From Macrostomum hystrix (lineage: Eukaryota; Animalia; Platyhelminthes), in NCBI GenBank assembly GCA_950097015.1, contig CATNEN010000029.1, forward strand, positions 5,022,001 to 5,086,000: DNA of 64,000 nt, in the 5' to 3' direction. The first letter of the stretch is position 1. Every line of letters starts with the position of its first letter. Under the pieces are notes generated by a model, which worked only from the letters and a program-made list of their open reading frames with translations, searched no databases and had not been told where the DNA came from. Positions 1 through 12,558 of the stretch are shown piece after piece. Made by a program: the position numbers and the translations under genes.

Positions 1-25
1 TGGCCCTTGCCTGGCCTGCCAATTC
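1..25 (-). CDS. FoxF: FoxF next exon (partial, runs off the window)
   Basis: Acceptor ctgcag| at 27-26 joins in phase 1 to give LPK-G-IGRPGKGH, matching the FoxF wing GLGRPGKGHYW. Intron 26-1079. Confidence 0.88.
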
Positions 26-324
26 CTGCAGGATGTTAGCGGATGTAGACTTTCACTGCTGTCTTTACTCAATGGCGAATTGATGATAAATATGATCATA
101 ATAGAAACATATCAGAAACAATCGATGTGGCTTGTCAAGGAAGATTCATAGTCGGCGTTAGCAGGCAATGACGCATCACTTGGCGACAATCAACCCGCCT
201 GCGGCCAGTGGGTAGGCTATTCTGTCTATGCTACTCGTAGTTATGCCTATAGGAACACACTCATACAGGTGGATATACTGCTCAGGCTTCTCAGACTTAA
301 GCCGTGTAACTATAGCTCAATGTG

Positions 325-460
325 CCTTTGGCGGCTGGTCCTTGAGGGCGTAAATCGCGCAGCAAGCCCCCAAGCCTTAGCTCTCCGCAGCTGCGCCCCA
401 AATGAATGCGGCCACGCCGCGGAATCGAGCTCAGAGACCTTGGTGTGATCTGCCAAGCTA
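325..460 (-). mobile_element. SINE family 2, 5' half, in the FoxF intron
   Basis: caaatgaatgcggccacgccgcggaatcgagctcagagaccttggtg matches the family 2 head in reverse. Confidence 0.62.
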
Positions 461-1079
461 AACTATTTATAGTTTAGGTGTCTTAAAATAGCAGAAGCTG
501 AATCTTCATGATGGCAAATTTAAATTTCAGGGCCTAAGTTTTGCTAAGAAAAGTGCCCGCAGAAGCGCCGTGAATATCAGGCTCCGTGTCGCATAGCAAA
601 ATGTGGCTGTCCGTTAAAAATCAGTAAGAGAAAACGGTAAAAGAGAAGACAATCATTCATTATAGATTGTCCTGGCTGAGGCAGCTGAATGTGAATTACT
701 GTGTGACAGCGGCTGCAGAAGACTGATTAATAAAGCCGAGAGCGTTCAGCAAGGTGCAGTACCTTCGTGCCCCCCGTCGATTCGATGCAGACATTCGAGG
801 CAGATTTTGTGGGAAAATCAGCCAGCAAAAGGCTTCCAGGACCGGACAAATCCTTCCAAGAAAAATGGGAGATTTCTTTTTCATCCGCACACCAAGAAAG
901 CGGCCCCCGCTGCGACTAACTGCGGGCGGCATCGAAAACTTTCACAATCCCCCGGAGCCATTAGAAGATAAAGACGGCAAAACTCCGCTGGCAAAATAAA
1001 CTGAAAATCCCAGGAAGATTGGCGAAAAATACCAAAGATGGCAACCCTTTACTATGCTGTGCGCGATTAGCACACTCAC

Positions 1080-1313
1080 CTTTGGGCAGCTTGATGAAGC
1101 ACTCGTTCAGGGACAGGTTGTGCCTCACCGAATTCTTCCAGCCCTGGTATTGGCCGCGGAAGAAGGCAAAATTCTCCTGCAGATATTGATAGATTTCGGC
1201 CAGTGTGCAGCGGCGAACTGGCGACGACTGGATGGCCATGACAATCAGGGCGATGTACGAGTAGGGCGGCTTCTCCGACCTCCGGCCTGCCCCTGCTGCT
1301 GCGGCTGCTGCTG
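1080..1313 (-). CDS. FoxF: FoxF forkhead transcription factor, exon encoding most of the forkhead domain
   Basis: Translates as [65 protein letters not shown], a FoxF-type forkhead sequence. Donor G|gtgagt at 1080/1079. Acceptor tatgcag| near 1314 is one of several tandem CAGs, so the 5' boundary may shift by 3-9 nt. Confidence 0.92.
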
Positions 1314-1324
1314 CTGCATAGTAC

Positions 1325-2630
1325 AATAGTAGGAGTGTGAGAAATGGAATAGTAGGAGTGTGAGAAATGGAATAGTAGGAGTGTGAGAAATGGAATAGTA
1401 GGAGTGTGAGAAATGGAATAGTAGGAGTGTGAGAAATCGAATAGTAGGAGTGTGAGAAATGGAATAGTAGGAGTGTGAGAAATGGAATAGTAGGAGTGTG
1501 AGAAATGGAATAGTAGGAGTGTGAGAAATCGAATAGTAGGAGTGTGAGAAATGGAATAGTAGGAGTGTGAGAAATGGAATAGTAGGAGTGTGAGAAATGA
1601 AACATTGTAGAAATGAAATGGAATAGTAGAAGTGTGAGAAATGGAATAGTAGGAGTGTGAGAAATGGAATAGTAGGAGTGTGAGAAATGAAACATTGTAG
1701 AAATGAAATGGAATAGTAGAAGTGTGAGAAATGGAATAGTAGGAGTGTGAGAAATGGAATAGTAGGAGTGTGAGAAATGGAATAGTAGGAGTGTGAGAAA
1801 TGGAATAGTAGGAGTGTGAGAAATGGAATAGTAGGAGTGTGAGAAATGGAATAGTAGGAGTGTGAGAAATGGAATAGTAGGAGTGTGAGAAATGGAATAG
1901 TAGGAGTGTGAGAAATGGAATAGTAGGAGTGTGAGAAATGGAATAGTAGGAGTGTGAGAAATGGAATAGTAGGAGTGTGAGAAATGGAATAGTAGGAGTG
2001 TGAGAAATGGAATAGTAGGAGTGTGAGAAATGGAATAGTAGGAGTGTGAGAAATGGAATAGTAGGAGTGTGAGAAATGGAATAGTAGGAGTGTGAGAAAT
2101 GGAATAGTAGGAGTGTGAGAAATGGAATAGTAGGAGTGTGAGAAATGGAATAGTAGGAGTGTGAGAAATGGAATAGTAGGAGTGTGAGACATGGAATAGT
2201 AGGAGTGTGAGAAATGGAATACTAGGAGTGTGAGAAATGGAATACTAGGAGTGTGAGACATGGAATAGTAGGAGTGTGAGAAATGGAATACTAGGAGTGT
2301 GAGAAATGGAATAGTAGGAGTGTGAGAAATGGAATAGTAGGAGTGTGAGAAATGGAATAGTAAGAGTGTGAGAAATGGAATAGTAGGAGTGTGAGAAATG
2401 GAATAGTAGGAGTGTGAGAAATGGAATAGTAGGAGTGTGAGAAATGGAATAGTAGGAGTGTGAGAAATGGAATAGTAGGAGTGTGAGAAATGGAATAGTA
2501 GGAGTGTGAGAAATGGAATAGTAGGAGTGTGAGACATGGAATAGTAGGAGTGTGAGAAATGGAATACTAGGAGTGTGAGAAATGGAATAGTAGGAGTGTG
2601 AGACATGGAATAGTAGGAGTGTGAGAAATG
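1325..2630. repeat. Minisatellite, 23-bp unit GGAATAGTAGGAGTGTGAGAAAT
   Basis: About 55 near-perfect tandem copies starting ~10 bp from the FoxF acceptor. Confidence 0.97.
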
Positions 2631-2926
2631 GAACACTGAGACTGTGAGAAATGGAACCCTGAGACTGAGAAATGGAGCCCTGAGACTGTGAGAAATGGAA
2701 CCCTGAGACTGTGAGAAATGGAGCACTGAGACTGTGAGAAACGGAACCCTGAGACTGTGAGAAATGGAGCACTGAGACTGTGAGAAACGGAACCCTGAGA
2801 CTGTGAGAAATGGAACCCTGAGACTGTGAGAAATGGAGCACTGAGACTGTGAGAAATGGAGCACTGAGACTGTGAGAAATGGAACACTGAGACTGTGAGA
2901 AATGGAACCCTGAGACTGTGAGAAAT
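2631..2926. repeat. Minisatellite, 23-bp variant GGAACCCTGAGACTGTGAGAAAT
   Basis: Abuts the previous array and shares the TGTGAGAAATGGAA core. Confidence 0.95.
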
Positions 2927-3254
2927 GTAATCTTTAATTCACAAAGTGCGCTGACATAATTGTGCTTCCTGGAAGCCAGGAAGTAAATTTCGATGGCAGG
3001 TTGGGAGACAAATTCGACCTTGGCTTAGGGAAACAGACTTGACATTGGTAATGTGCAGTGTTGTCTGCTGCAGATCAAACATAGTCAAGGCAACCAAAGT
3101 TAGCATTGTCAGTTGGTTTGTCAGCCAAAATTTAGAGACAAGTTATGACGCATATTTTCACAGATAGATAAACCACATGATCGTCATGAAACAATTCCTT
3201 CACATGTGATTTACCATTGCATATAGTCTAATTCTGCTATCAACTGTTTTATTA

Positions 3255-3987
3255 TGTTCTGTTCTCTTCTCTTCTGTTCTGTACTGCTCTCTTCTGTTCT
3301 GTTCTGTTCTCTTCTGTTCTGTTCTGTTCTGTTCTCTTCTGTTCTGTTCTGTTCTGTTCTGTTCTGTTCTGTATTGTTCTGTTCTGTTCTGTTCTGTTCT
3401 GTTCTGTTCTGTTCTGTACTGTTCTCTTCTGTTCTGTTCTGTTCTCTTCTCTTCTGTTCTGTTCTGTTCTGTTCTGTACTGTTCTCTTCTGTTCTGTTCT
3501 GTTCTCTTCTCTTCTGTTCTGTACTGTTCTGTTCTGTTCTGCACTGTTCTGTACTGCTCTGTTCTGTTCTGTTCTGTACTGTTCTCTTCTGTTCTGTTCT
3601 GTTCTCTTCTCTTCTGTTCTGTTCTGTTCTGTTCTGTACTGTTCTCTTCTGTTCTGTTCTGTTCTCTTCTGTTCTGTACTATTCTCTTCTGTTCTGTTCT
3701 GTTCTGTTCTCTTCTGTTCTGTTCTGTTCTGTTCTGTTCTGTACTGTTCTCTTCTGTTCTGTTCTGTTCTCTTCTCTTCTGTTCTGTACTGTTCTGTTCT
3801 GTTCTGCACTGTTCTGTACTGCTCTGTTCTGTTCTGTTCTGTTCTGTACTGTTTTGTTCTGTTCTGCACTGTTCTGTTCTGTTCTGTTCTGTTCTGTACT
3901 GTACTGTTCTGTTCTGTTCTGTACTGTTCTGTTCTGTTCTGTTTTCTTCTGTTCTGTACTGTTCTGTACTGTTCTGTACTGTTCTGT
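3255..3987. repeat. Pentanucleotide microsatellite (GTTCT)n with GTACT/CTTCT variants
   Basis: Direct inspection. Confidence 0.97.
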
Positions 3988-4284
3988 GTTGCCAATAAGT
4001 TAATTTCGCAAACCTTCAGCTCTCACTAAGAATGTAACTTTTTAGCGATCGCACATTTCTTAAACCGACTGTATAGACTTAATGAGCATTTCATTAATAA
4101 TTAATTCGATTCGTACTGCAAAAAAGACACTTTAATTTGAAAATAGATTCGGTCAAATATTTTATTTTATGCGCCATGAAAGCTTTACAAGCAAATCCCA
4201 CTTTCTTCACACTTTGATATAATTCTGATGCTGGCTTGTTTGTTCTGTTCTGTGTATTATATTGCTGTTATGAATCACAGTGAA

Positions 4285-4405
4285 ATTCCATTTCTCTCAG
4301 TCTCATTCCATTTCTCACAGTTCTCATTCCATTTCTTACAAGTCTCATTCCATTTCTCACAGGTCTCATTCCATTTCTCGCAGGTCTCACTCCATTTCTC
4401 ACACA
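4285..4405. repeat. Short degenerate array, inverted relative of the 2631-2926 unit
   Basis: Units of ttccatttctcacag-tctca are the reverse complement of tgagactgtgagaaatggaa. Confidence 0.8.
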
Positions 4406-5149
4406 GTCTGATTCGTATTTCTAACAGTCTTATTCAGTTTTAGCGTAAAATATGTACTTTACTAGAAGTAGATGTACTCCAACTATGTTTAGGCCTAGCC
4501 CAATACCAAACAATTGTATATTAGCTGTTTAAATATGGTTGGGTGTTGCGTCTATGGGCTGAACAGGGACACCGACTGCAAACTGGGTCAAGTCTAAATT
4601 TTGTACATAAAATTTATCAAGAGAAGAAATTAACCTGTAGTTTCTAATTAAGGAACTGACAACTGACAGCTGTTTCACTTGTAAACACGGCAGATGCGTG
4701 GCAAAAAACAATGAGCGGAAGTGATCTAATTGAACAGTGCTGAATGTGCAGGATTTCGATGATAATTCACAATCATCCCATCTAATTAGACACAAGGCGA
4801 CACGAATATCTAATTTAGCCTAATCCATGTGAATATTGACAAATTTAGCATTTTTTGTTAAATTCTGGGCGGAATTTTGCCAGAAATTAAACTATTTATG
4901 GACTGGGAGGATTTGAGCACACAGGTGGGCGCAGGTGCCCAGGTAGCAACGGAATGTTCTAAGCGGCTAAAAATTGCGTGGAAGGCTGAGTTAGTAGGCC
5001 GTGTGTTAGCTCTTCAAAGTCTCAACTTCAGTCTCACAGTTGGTGAGTGCCTTGAGACTTTTCAATTTAATAGAAATTATCATTATGATATTGGAAAATT
5101 CACCGTAAAGCTGGAAATTGCCTTCAGCCTAAAATTTTCCCAATTCAGA

Positions 5150-6170
5150 ATATTTCCCAAATCTTTCCAAAACTTCCCAAATCTACAACTTTCCCCAATC
5201 TAGAACTTTCCCGAATCTAGCAATTTCCCAAATCTAGATATTTCCCAAATTTTGAAATTTCTCAAATCTAGAACTTTCCAAAATCTAGAACTTTCCCGAA
5301 TCTAGCACTTTCCCAAATCTAGCACTTTCCCGAATCTAGCACTTTCCCGAATCTAGCACTTTCCCAAATCTAGCACTTTCCCGAATCTAGCACTTTCCCG
5401 AATCTAGCACTTTCCCAAATCTAGCACTTTCCCGAATCTAGCACTTTCCCGAATCTAGCACTTTCCCGAATCTAGCACTTTCCCGAATCTAGCACTTTCC
5501 CGAATCTAGCAGTTTCCAAAATCTAGATATTTCCCAAATCTTGAAATTTCTCAAATCTACAACTTTCCAATATCTAGAGCTTCCCAAATCTACAACATTC
5601 CCAAATCTACAACTTTCCCAAATCTACAACTTTCCCAAATCTACAACTTTCCCAAATCTACAACTTTCCCAAATCTACAACTTTCCCAAATCTACAACTT
5701 TCCTAAATCTACAACTTTCCCAAATCTACAACTTTCCTAAATCTACAACTTTCCCAAATCTAGAATTTCCCAAATCTATAATTTCCCGAATCTAGAGCTT
5801 CCCAAACCTACAACTTTCCCAAATCTAGAACTTCCCGAATCTAGAAATTTCCTAAATCTAGAACCTTCTCAAATCTACAACTTTCCCAAATCTACAACTT
5901 TCGCAAATCTACAACTTTCCCAAATCTACAACTTTCCCAAATCTACAACTTTCCCAGATCTACAACTTTCCCGAATCTAGAATTTCCCAAATCTACAACT
6001 TTCCCAAATCTACAACTTTCCCAAATCTACAACTTTCCCAAATCTAGAACTTCCTGAATCTAGAAATTTCTTAACTCTAGAAATTTTCCAAATCTAGAAA
6101 TTTCCCAAATGTCTAAATTTTTCTAAACCTATGAACTTCCTGAATCGAGAACTTTTCTTAATCTAGAGCT
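5150..6170. repeat. Minisatellite, 17-bp unit TTTCCCAAATCTACAAC / TTTCCCGAATCTAGCAC
   Basis: Homogeneous blocks of two variants with degenerate edges. Confidence 0.93.
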
Positions 6171-6307
6171 TTGCCAGATTCCAAATTTCTAACGCAGCTG
6201 ATGCTGATTAAATCAAGAAATAAACAATTATATTTTTCAAGGGCATAACTTATTTCCTTAGAGCTGAGCTAAAAACTGCTGACCTATTTCTTAATCTGAA
6301 ACTCTAC

Positions 6308-6598
6308 CTGCGAATGAGAAGCGAAAGGTGTGGAAGATATGAAAATCAATTCCTTCGATCTCTTGCCTTGACTTTTATCGCCATGGTCGCTGGTGTCCTC
6401 TTCGGTGTCGGCTGCTGCTGCTGCTGCTGCCTGCTTGTCTGGCGGTGTCGCAGCCTCCTCCACCGGCCTAGTAGGCATCAGCGAGTCAGCCCAGGCAGCT
6501 CCGAGATTCGCAGACTCCGTTGGTTCCGCTTTGACGCTGTCGGCAAATTGACAACCGCCTGCGGCATGTTGAGATTGTGGAATCGGAAGGCGTTGTAA
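6308..6598 (-). CDS. Probable FoxF N-terminal exon (low complexity, polyA, acidic)
   Basis: Open frame LQRLPIPQ...SVKAEPTESAN...DKQAAAAAAADTEEDTSDHGDK. Candidate acceptors at 6599 (phase 0) and 6559 (phase 1). Donor uncertain (6307 cag|gtagag). Confidence 0.4.
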
Positions 6599-6640
6599 CT
6601 GAGACTGAGATTTTTATAATTCAAAATGAGCACAGCTCAC

Positions 6641-6707
6641 CGAAATGGTCAACATAGCATGATCTGCTGTTGCCATTTGATGGCAGTTGGCTCAACAGGC
6701 AGTGCGA

Positions 6708-6755
<48 letters not shown>

Positions 6756-6803
6756 AATAAACTGTCCGGAGCGACCAGCCGTGCTAGGCCCAACATAGTC
6801 CAT
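6641..6803 (-). CDS. FoxF: Probable FoxF first coding exon with a polyQ tract
   Basis: ATG in strong context (ATAATGG). Reads MDYVGPSTAGRSGQFI-Q15-PSH...VDHF, then donor G|gtgagc in phase 1, compatible with the phase-1 forkhead acceptor. Linkage to FoxF is inference. Confidence 0.5.
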
Positions 6804-7311
6804 TATTTAATATAAATTGAAGATCTCCGAGACGAGACGGACCGCAGGCCGGAGGAGGGGAAGGTCAGTGCGGCTGCAGCGGCGCCCTCTCTGTGTGTCG
6901 CCCCGGATGGTTCAAGGCAGACAAAACAGTGGAGTAAACACACCTGGATAAGTCAAGTGCTGCCTGTTGGCCCCTGAGCCTACCTGTCCCTATAGCAGGC
7001 AGGGAGTTTGTGTATACCTCTGTATCGTGTGTATACTAAATCACCGTCTCCCCTACTATCCGTTCGTGTGTGTGCGCGAGTGTGTGTTGTTGTCTGCCGG
7101 CCTCTGTTTATTCACCCGCGTGAGAGAATTTACATTTTTTAAAAGCCCCCTCCCCAACCTAATCCAGCCTCGGGGGCCGCCCAAAATTGGTTGCCAGGTG
7201 AGTTAGCGATGGAGCGACTGTCATTGGGTGTTACAGACACCTGTGCAGCTTCGTCCAATCAGAGAATGCCGCCAGTGAATTTAGTGGTCAATGACCAGTG
7301 CTCTGACCAGC

Positions 7312-8353
7312 CACCTCTAATAATCCATTTACACATTCTAATCCATTTACAAATTCAAATCCATTCACACATTCTAATCCATTTACACATTCTAATCCAT
7401 TTACAAATTCAAATCCATTCACACATTCTAATTCATTTACATATTTATACACTCTAATCAGTTCACACATCTACTAATCCATTTTACATATTCTAATCCG
7501 TTCACACATCTACTAATCCATTTTACACATTCTAATCCGATCACACATATACTAATCCATTTTACACATTCTAATCCGTTCACACATCTACAAATCCATT
7601 TTACACATTCTAATCCGGTCACACATCTACTAATCCATTTTACATATTCTAATCCGTTCACACATCTACTAATCCGTTCACACATCTACTAATCCATTTT
7701 ACACATTCTAATCAATTCACACATCTACAAATCCATTTTACATATTCTAATCCGTTCACACATCTACAAATCCATTTTACATATTCTAATCCGTTCACAC
7801 ATCTACTAATCCATTTTAGACATTCTAATCAATTCACACATCTACAAATCCATTTTACACATTTGAATCCGTTCACACATCTACTAATCCGTTCACACAT
7901 CTACTAATCCATTTTACACATTCTAATCAATTCACACATCTACAAATCCATTTTACACATTCTAATCCGTTCACACATCTACTAATCCATTTTACATATT
8001 CTAATCCGTTCACACATCTACTAATCCATTTTACACATTCTAATCAATTCACACATCTACAAATCCATTTTACACATTCTAATCCGTTCACACATCTACT
8101 AATCCATTTTAGACATTCTAATCAATTCACACATCTACAAATCCATTTTACACATTTGAATCCGTTCACACATCTACTAATCCATTTTGCTCATTCTAAT
8201 CCGTTCACACATCTACTAATCCATTTTACATATTCTAATCCGTTCACACATCTACTAATCCATTTTACATATTCTAATCCGTTCACACATCTACTAATCC
8301 ATTTTACATATTCTAATCCGTTCACACATCTACTAATCCATTTTACATATTCT
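7312..8353. repeat. Compound minisatellite, ~39-bp unit (CTAATCCGTTCACACATCTA + CTAATCCATTTTACACATT)
   Basis: Alternating 20- and 19-bp subunits. Confidence 0.93.
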
Positions 8354-8902
8354 ATGCGGTTACTTAATTTGGCCTTCAAAAGTTTATCCGTTCAAGCATG
8401 GAAAAAACAGCAGTCGTTTCTGAATAAAATATTGCGTTGGGATTTTCAGTTTGGCTATAAATAGCTCGCAATTTGTTTGTCCGTCATTGAATTTTGTTGT
8501 CTGAAATTGTTTTCATGGAAACTTTAGCCAAATACATTCAGTGTTTTTTTTCAGACTCAAAAGAGATTTTTGCTTCGCAAAATCTGCCAACACATGAGTC
8601 CATTGTGTTGAAGCCGAAATGGAGGGCTTGTTTGGAAATGGCTGAGACGTGATTTGGATAAATGGCCAGATACCCTAATATGGTGAAGCTGTTGAGCAGA
8701 TTCAAAAGATGCCTCCCCAAAAAATTGTCTGATCCTCGTCTGGTCTGAGGATGAGTTCGAAAACAAAATCTTATACTTTGCCAAACAAAATATTTTGATT
8801 ATCCGATTATAGAAATTTCCAAATTTAAAGCTAAATGCACCTCAGCTGCATTATCATTTTTGGTTGGGGAAGGAAATATTAAAGTCTTTGAGAATTCCCA
8901 CA

Positions 8903-9589
8903 CAAGAGACACCTGTAGAAATGGCCCCTACTAACCTGTTGGATAGAGAAGAGACACCTGTAGAAATGGCCCTACTAACCTGTTGGATAGAGAAGAGACA
9001 CCTGTAGAAATGGCCCCTATATAACCTGTTGGATAGACAAGAGACACCTGTAGAAATGGCCCTACTAACCTGTTGGATAGAGAAGAGACACCTGTAGAAA
9101 TGGGCCTACTAACCTGTTGGATAGACAAGAGACACCTGTAGAAATGGGCCTACTAACCTGTTGGATAGACAAGAGACACCTGTAGAAATGGCCCTACTAA
9201 CCTGTTGGATAGAGAAGAGACACCTGTAGAAATGGCCCTACTAGTCTGTTGGATAGACAAGAGACACCTGTAGAAATGGCCCTACTAACCTGTTGGATAG
9301 AGAAGAGACACCTGTAGAAATGGCCCTACTAACCTGTTGGATAGAGAAGAGACACCTGTAGAAATGGCCCTACTAACCTGTTGGATAGAGAAGAGACACC
9401 TGTAGAAATGGCCCTACTAACCTGTTGGATAGACAAGAGACACCTGTAGAAATGGGCCTACTAACCTGTTGGATAGAGAAGAGACACCTGTAGAAATGGG
9501 CCTACTAAACTGTTGGATAGAGAAGAGACACCTGTAGAAATGGCCCTACTAACCTGTTGGATAGAGAAGAGACACCTGTAGAAATGGCT
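8903..9589. repeat. Minisatellite, 44-bp unit AGAGACACCTGTAGAAATGGCCCTACTAACCTGTTGGATAGAGA
   Basis: About 15 tandem copies. Confidence 0.96.
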
Positions 9590-10283
9590 CTTCTAATACT
9601 ACAGGTATTTTGTTCAAAGCGATCCAACGGCTAGTTGGTAATCCGGAGGTCAGAATCCGGAGGTCAGATTAGCCATAGAAATCCGTCAACTAGTTTGCCA
9701 GTTTGTCAGAAGGATCCGAAAAGACAGATTTGGGATTGTCGATTCGCGGTCGCTACAGTTCCCCTCCACCCCCAGCCACCAGTCCTTTTTGTCAGTTTGT
9801 TTTGACGAACGGACCCCGAAAATGGCGTAAGATTGGAGCCATGCAGTAAGAGAGGGCTTAGACTGAAGCACCATGTCAGGTAGTTCAAACGCCTCCAGCT
9901 CTACTGATGACGATCATTCACCATTTTCCGACGCAGAAAAATCTGGCTTTCCTCTGACACTCTAGCAGACCTCTTTGTCTACATCACTAGCTTTTGTTTA
10001 TAGCATACTGGTTCCTAGCGATTTCTGTTCAATATAATCAGACTAGGAGCCTTAATACCTGTAAATATTTATCCCAACCGTGCGCCAGAGATAAATTAAA
10101 AGATGCTTTTCCACTCTCTTTTTGGTTTTCGCAAAGCTTCATTGGGATCTGTTATGAAATAAGCAGTCGCACAAGGTGCTTCAGTGGGAGAAAACTGCGG
10201 ATTAGCCTAGATATTTCGCTAGGTTGAGAATTCAGGAAATGTTTGGGAACTTTAAATATCCTCCACCACTATGAACTATGGGA

Positions 10284-12128
10284 TATCACAGTCTGGGAGT
10301 GGATTCAGTGGGTTGGATAACACAGTGCGTGGGAGTGGATTCAGTGGGTTGGATAACACAGTGTGGAGTGGATTCAGTGGGTTGGATAACACAGTGTGTG
10401 AGGAGTGGATTCAGTGGGTTGGATAACACAGTGTGGGAGTGGATTCAGTGGGTTAGATAACACAGTGTGTGTGGAGAGGATTCAGTGGGTTGGATAACAC
10501 AGTGTGTGGGAGTGGATTCAGTGGGTTGGATAACACAGTGTGTGTGGAGTGGATTCAGTGGGTTGGATAACACAGTGTGGAGTGGATTCAGTGGGTTGGA
10601 TAACACAGTGTATGTGGAGTGGATTCAGTGGGTTGGATAACACAGTGTGGGAGTGGATTCAGTGGGTTGGATAACACAGTGTGTGTGGAGTGGATTCAGT
10701 GGGTTGGATAACACAGTGTGTGGGAGTGGATTCAGTGGGTTGGATAACACAGTGTGTGTGGAGTGGATTCAGTGGGTTGGATAACACAGTGAGGAGTGGA
10801 TTCAGTGGGTTGGATAACACAGTGTGTGGGAGTGGATTCAGTGGGTTGGATAACACAGTGTGGAGTGGATTCAGTGGGTTGGATAACACAGTGTATGTGG
10901 AGTGGATTCAGTGGGTTGGACAACACAGTGTGTGTGGGAGTGGATTCAGTGGGTTGGATAACACAGTGTGTGTGGAGTGGATTCAGTGGGTTGGATAACA
11001 CAGTGAGGAGTGGATTCAGTGGGTTGGATAACACAGTGTGTGGGAGTGGATTCAGTGGGTTGGATAACACAGTGTGGAGTGGATTCAGTGGGTTGGATAA
11101 CACAGTGTATGTGGAGTGGATTCAGTGGGTTGGACAACACAGTGTGTGGGAGTGGATTCAGTGGGTTGGATAACACAGTGTGTGTGGAGTGGATTCAGTG
11201 GGCTGGATAACACAGTGTGTGTGGAGTGGATTCAGTGGGTTGGATAACACAGTGTGGGAGTGGATTCAGTGGGTTGGATAACACAGTGTGTGGGAGTGGA
11301 TTCAGTGGGTTGGATAACACAGTGTGGAGTGGATTCAGTGGGTTGGATAACACAGTGTGTGTGGAGTGGATTCAGTGGGTTGGATAACACAGTGTGTGGG
11401 AGTGGATTCAGTGGGTTGGATAACACAGTGTGTGGGAGTGGATTCAGTGGGTTGGATAACACACTGTGTTGGAGTGGATAACACAGTGTGTGGGAGTGGA
11501 TTCAGTGGGTTGGATAACACAGTGTGTGAGAGTGGATTCAGTGGAGTGGATAACACAGTGTGTGGGAGTGGATTCAGTGGGTTGGATAACACAGTGTGTG
11601 AGAGTGGATTCAGTGGGTTGGATAACACAGTGTGTGAGAGTGGATTCAGTGGGTTGGATAACACAGTGTGTGTGAGAGTGGATTCAGTGGGTTGGATAAC
11701 ACAGTGTGTGTGGAGTGGATTCAGTGGGTTGGATAACACAGTGTATGTGGAGTGGATTCAGTGGGTTGGATAACACAGTGTGGGAGTGGATTCAGTGGGT
11801 TGGATAACACAGTGTGGGAGTGGATTCAGTGGGTTGGATAACACATGTGTGGAGTGGATTCAGTGGGTTGGAAAACACAGTGTGTGAGAGTGGATTCAGT
11901 GGGTTGGATAACACAGTGTGGGAGTGGATTCAGTGGGTTGGAAAACACAGTGTGTGGGAGTGGATTCAGTGGGTTGGATAACACAGTGTGGGAGTGGATT
12001 CAGTGGGTTGGATAACACAGCGTGTGTGGAGTGGATTCAGTGGGTTGGATAACACAGTGTGTGTGGAGAGGATTCAGTGGGTTGTATTACACAGTGTGTG
12101 GAGTGGATTCAGTGGGTTGGATAACACC
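10284..12128. repeat. Minisatellite, 33-38-bp unit GAGTGGATTCAGTGGGTTGGATAACACA + variable (GT)n linker
   Basis: Invariant 28-bp core with a slippage-variable GT linker. Confidence 0.96.
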
Positions 12129-12558
12129 GTGCAGGTTATGATAATGATATTGCTGAGTAACAAAGAAGGTCAGGAACAAACAATTGAAGCTTCTTTTAAA
12201 TGAAATTTACTGACCTGACAATTGCTGAAATATAAAAAAAATATTTTTTGCGCGATTACAAGAAAATGTTTTTTATGTCCGGTAGTGATGCAAATGATCA
12301 TCAACTCTTGTCAATTAAATAAGTAAACACTCTTCAATGTTATTACTTTAAACGAAAATACACAGAAAAATAATTGTCAAACTAGACTGCTAGCTCAAAA
12401 ATCGGAGTAGGAACAACTAGAATTGTGAAATCGATTTAGACAAATTAGCAAAAAATTGTAAGACAGAATGACAGACAAGCGGGCAGACAGCGAGTATGAA
12501 ATATGAAATAAATTTGGTTCTGAACAACGGACCTCTCTTTAATCAAAGCAGTTTCAGA

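Noticed and set aside
1245-4003. Long ORFs of 539, 247 and 249 aa ([17 protein letters not shown].., QNRTE.., FCSVL..)
   Set aside because: They are translations of the 23-bp and 5-bp tandem repeats. The same applies to ORFs over 10284-12128, 16480-17270, 22660-23438, 35838-36290, 37985-38960, 50225-51327 and 56330-56980.
8380-9970. Short protein-like frames and splice-like sites between arrays (8532-8628, 9883-9975)
   Set aside because: No phase-consistent multi-exon model or recognisable domain could be built.
10284-12128. CRISPR-like pattern of a constant repeat with variable linkers
   Set aside because: The linkers are only 5-10 bp of slipped (GT)n rather than unique spacers; the context is eukaryotic and there are no cas genes.
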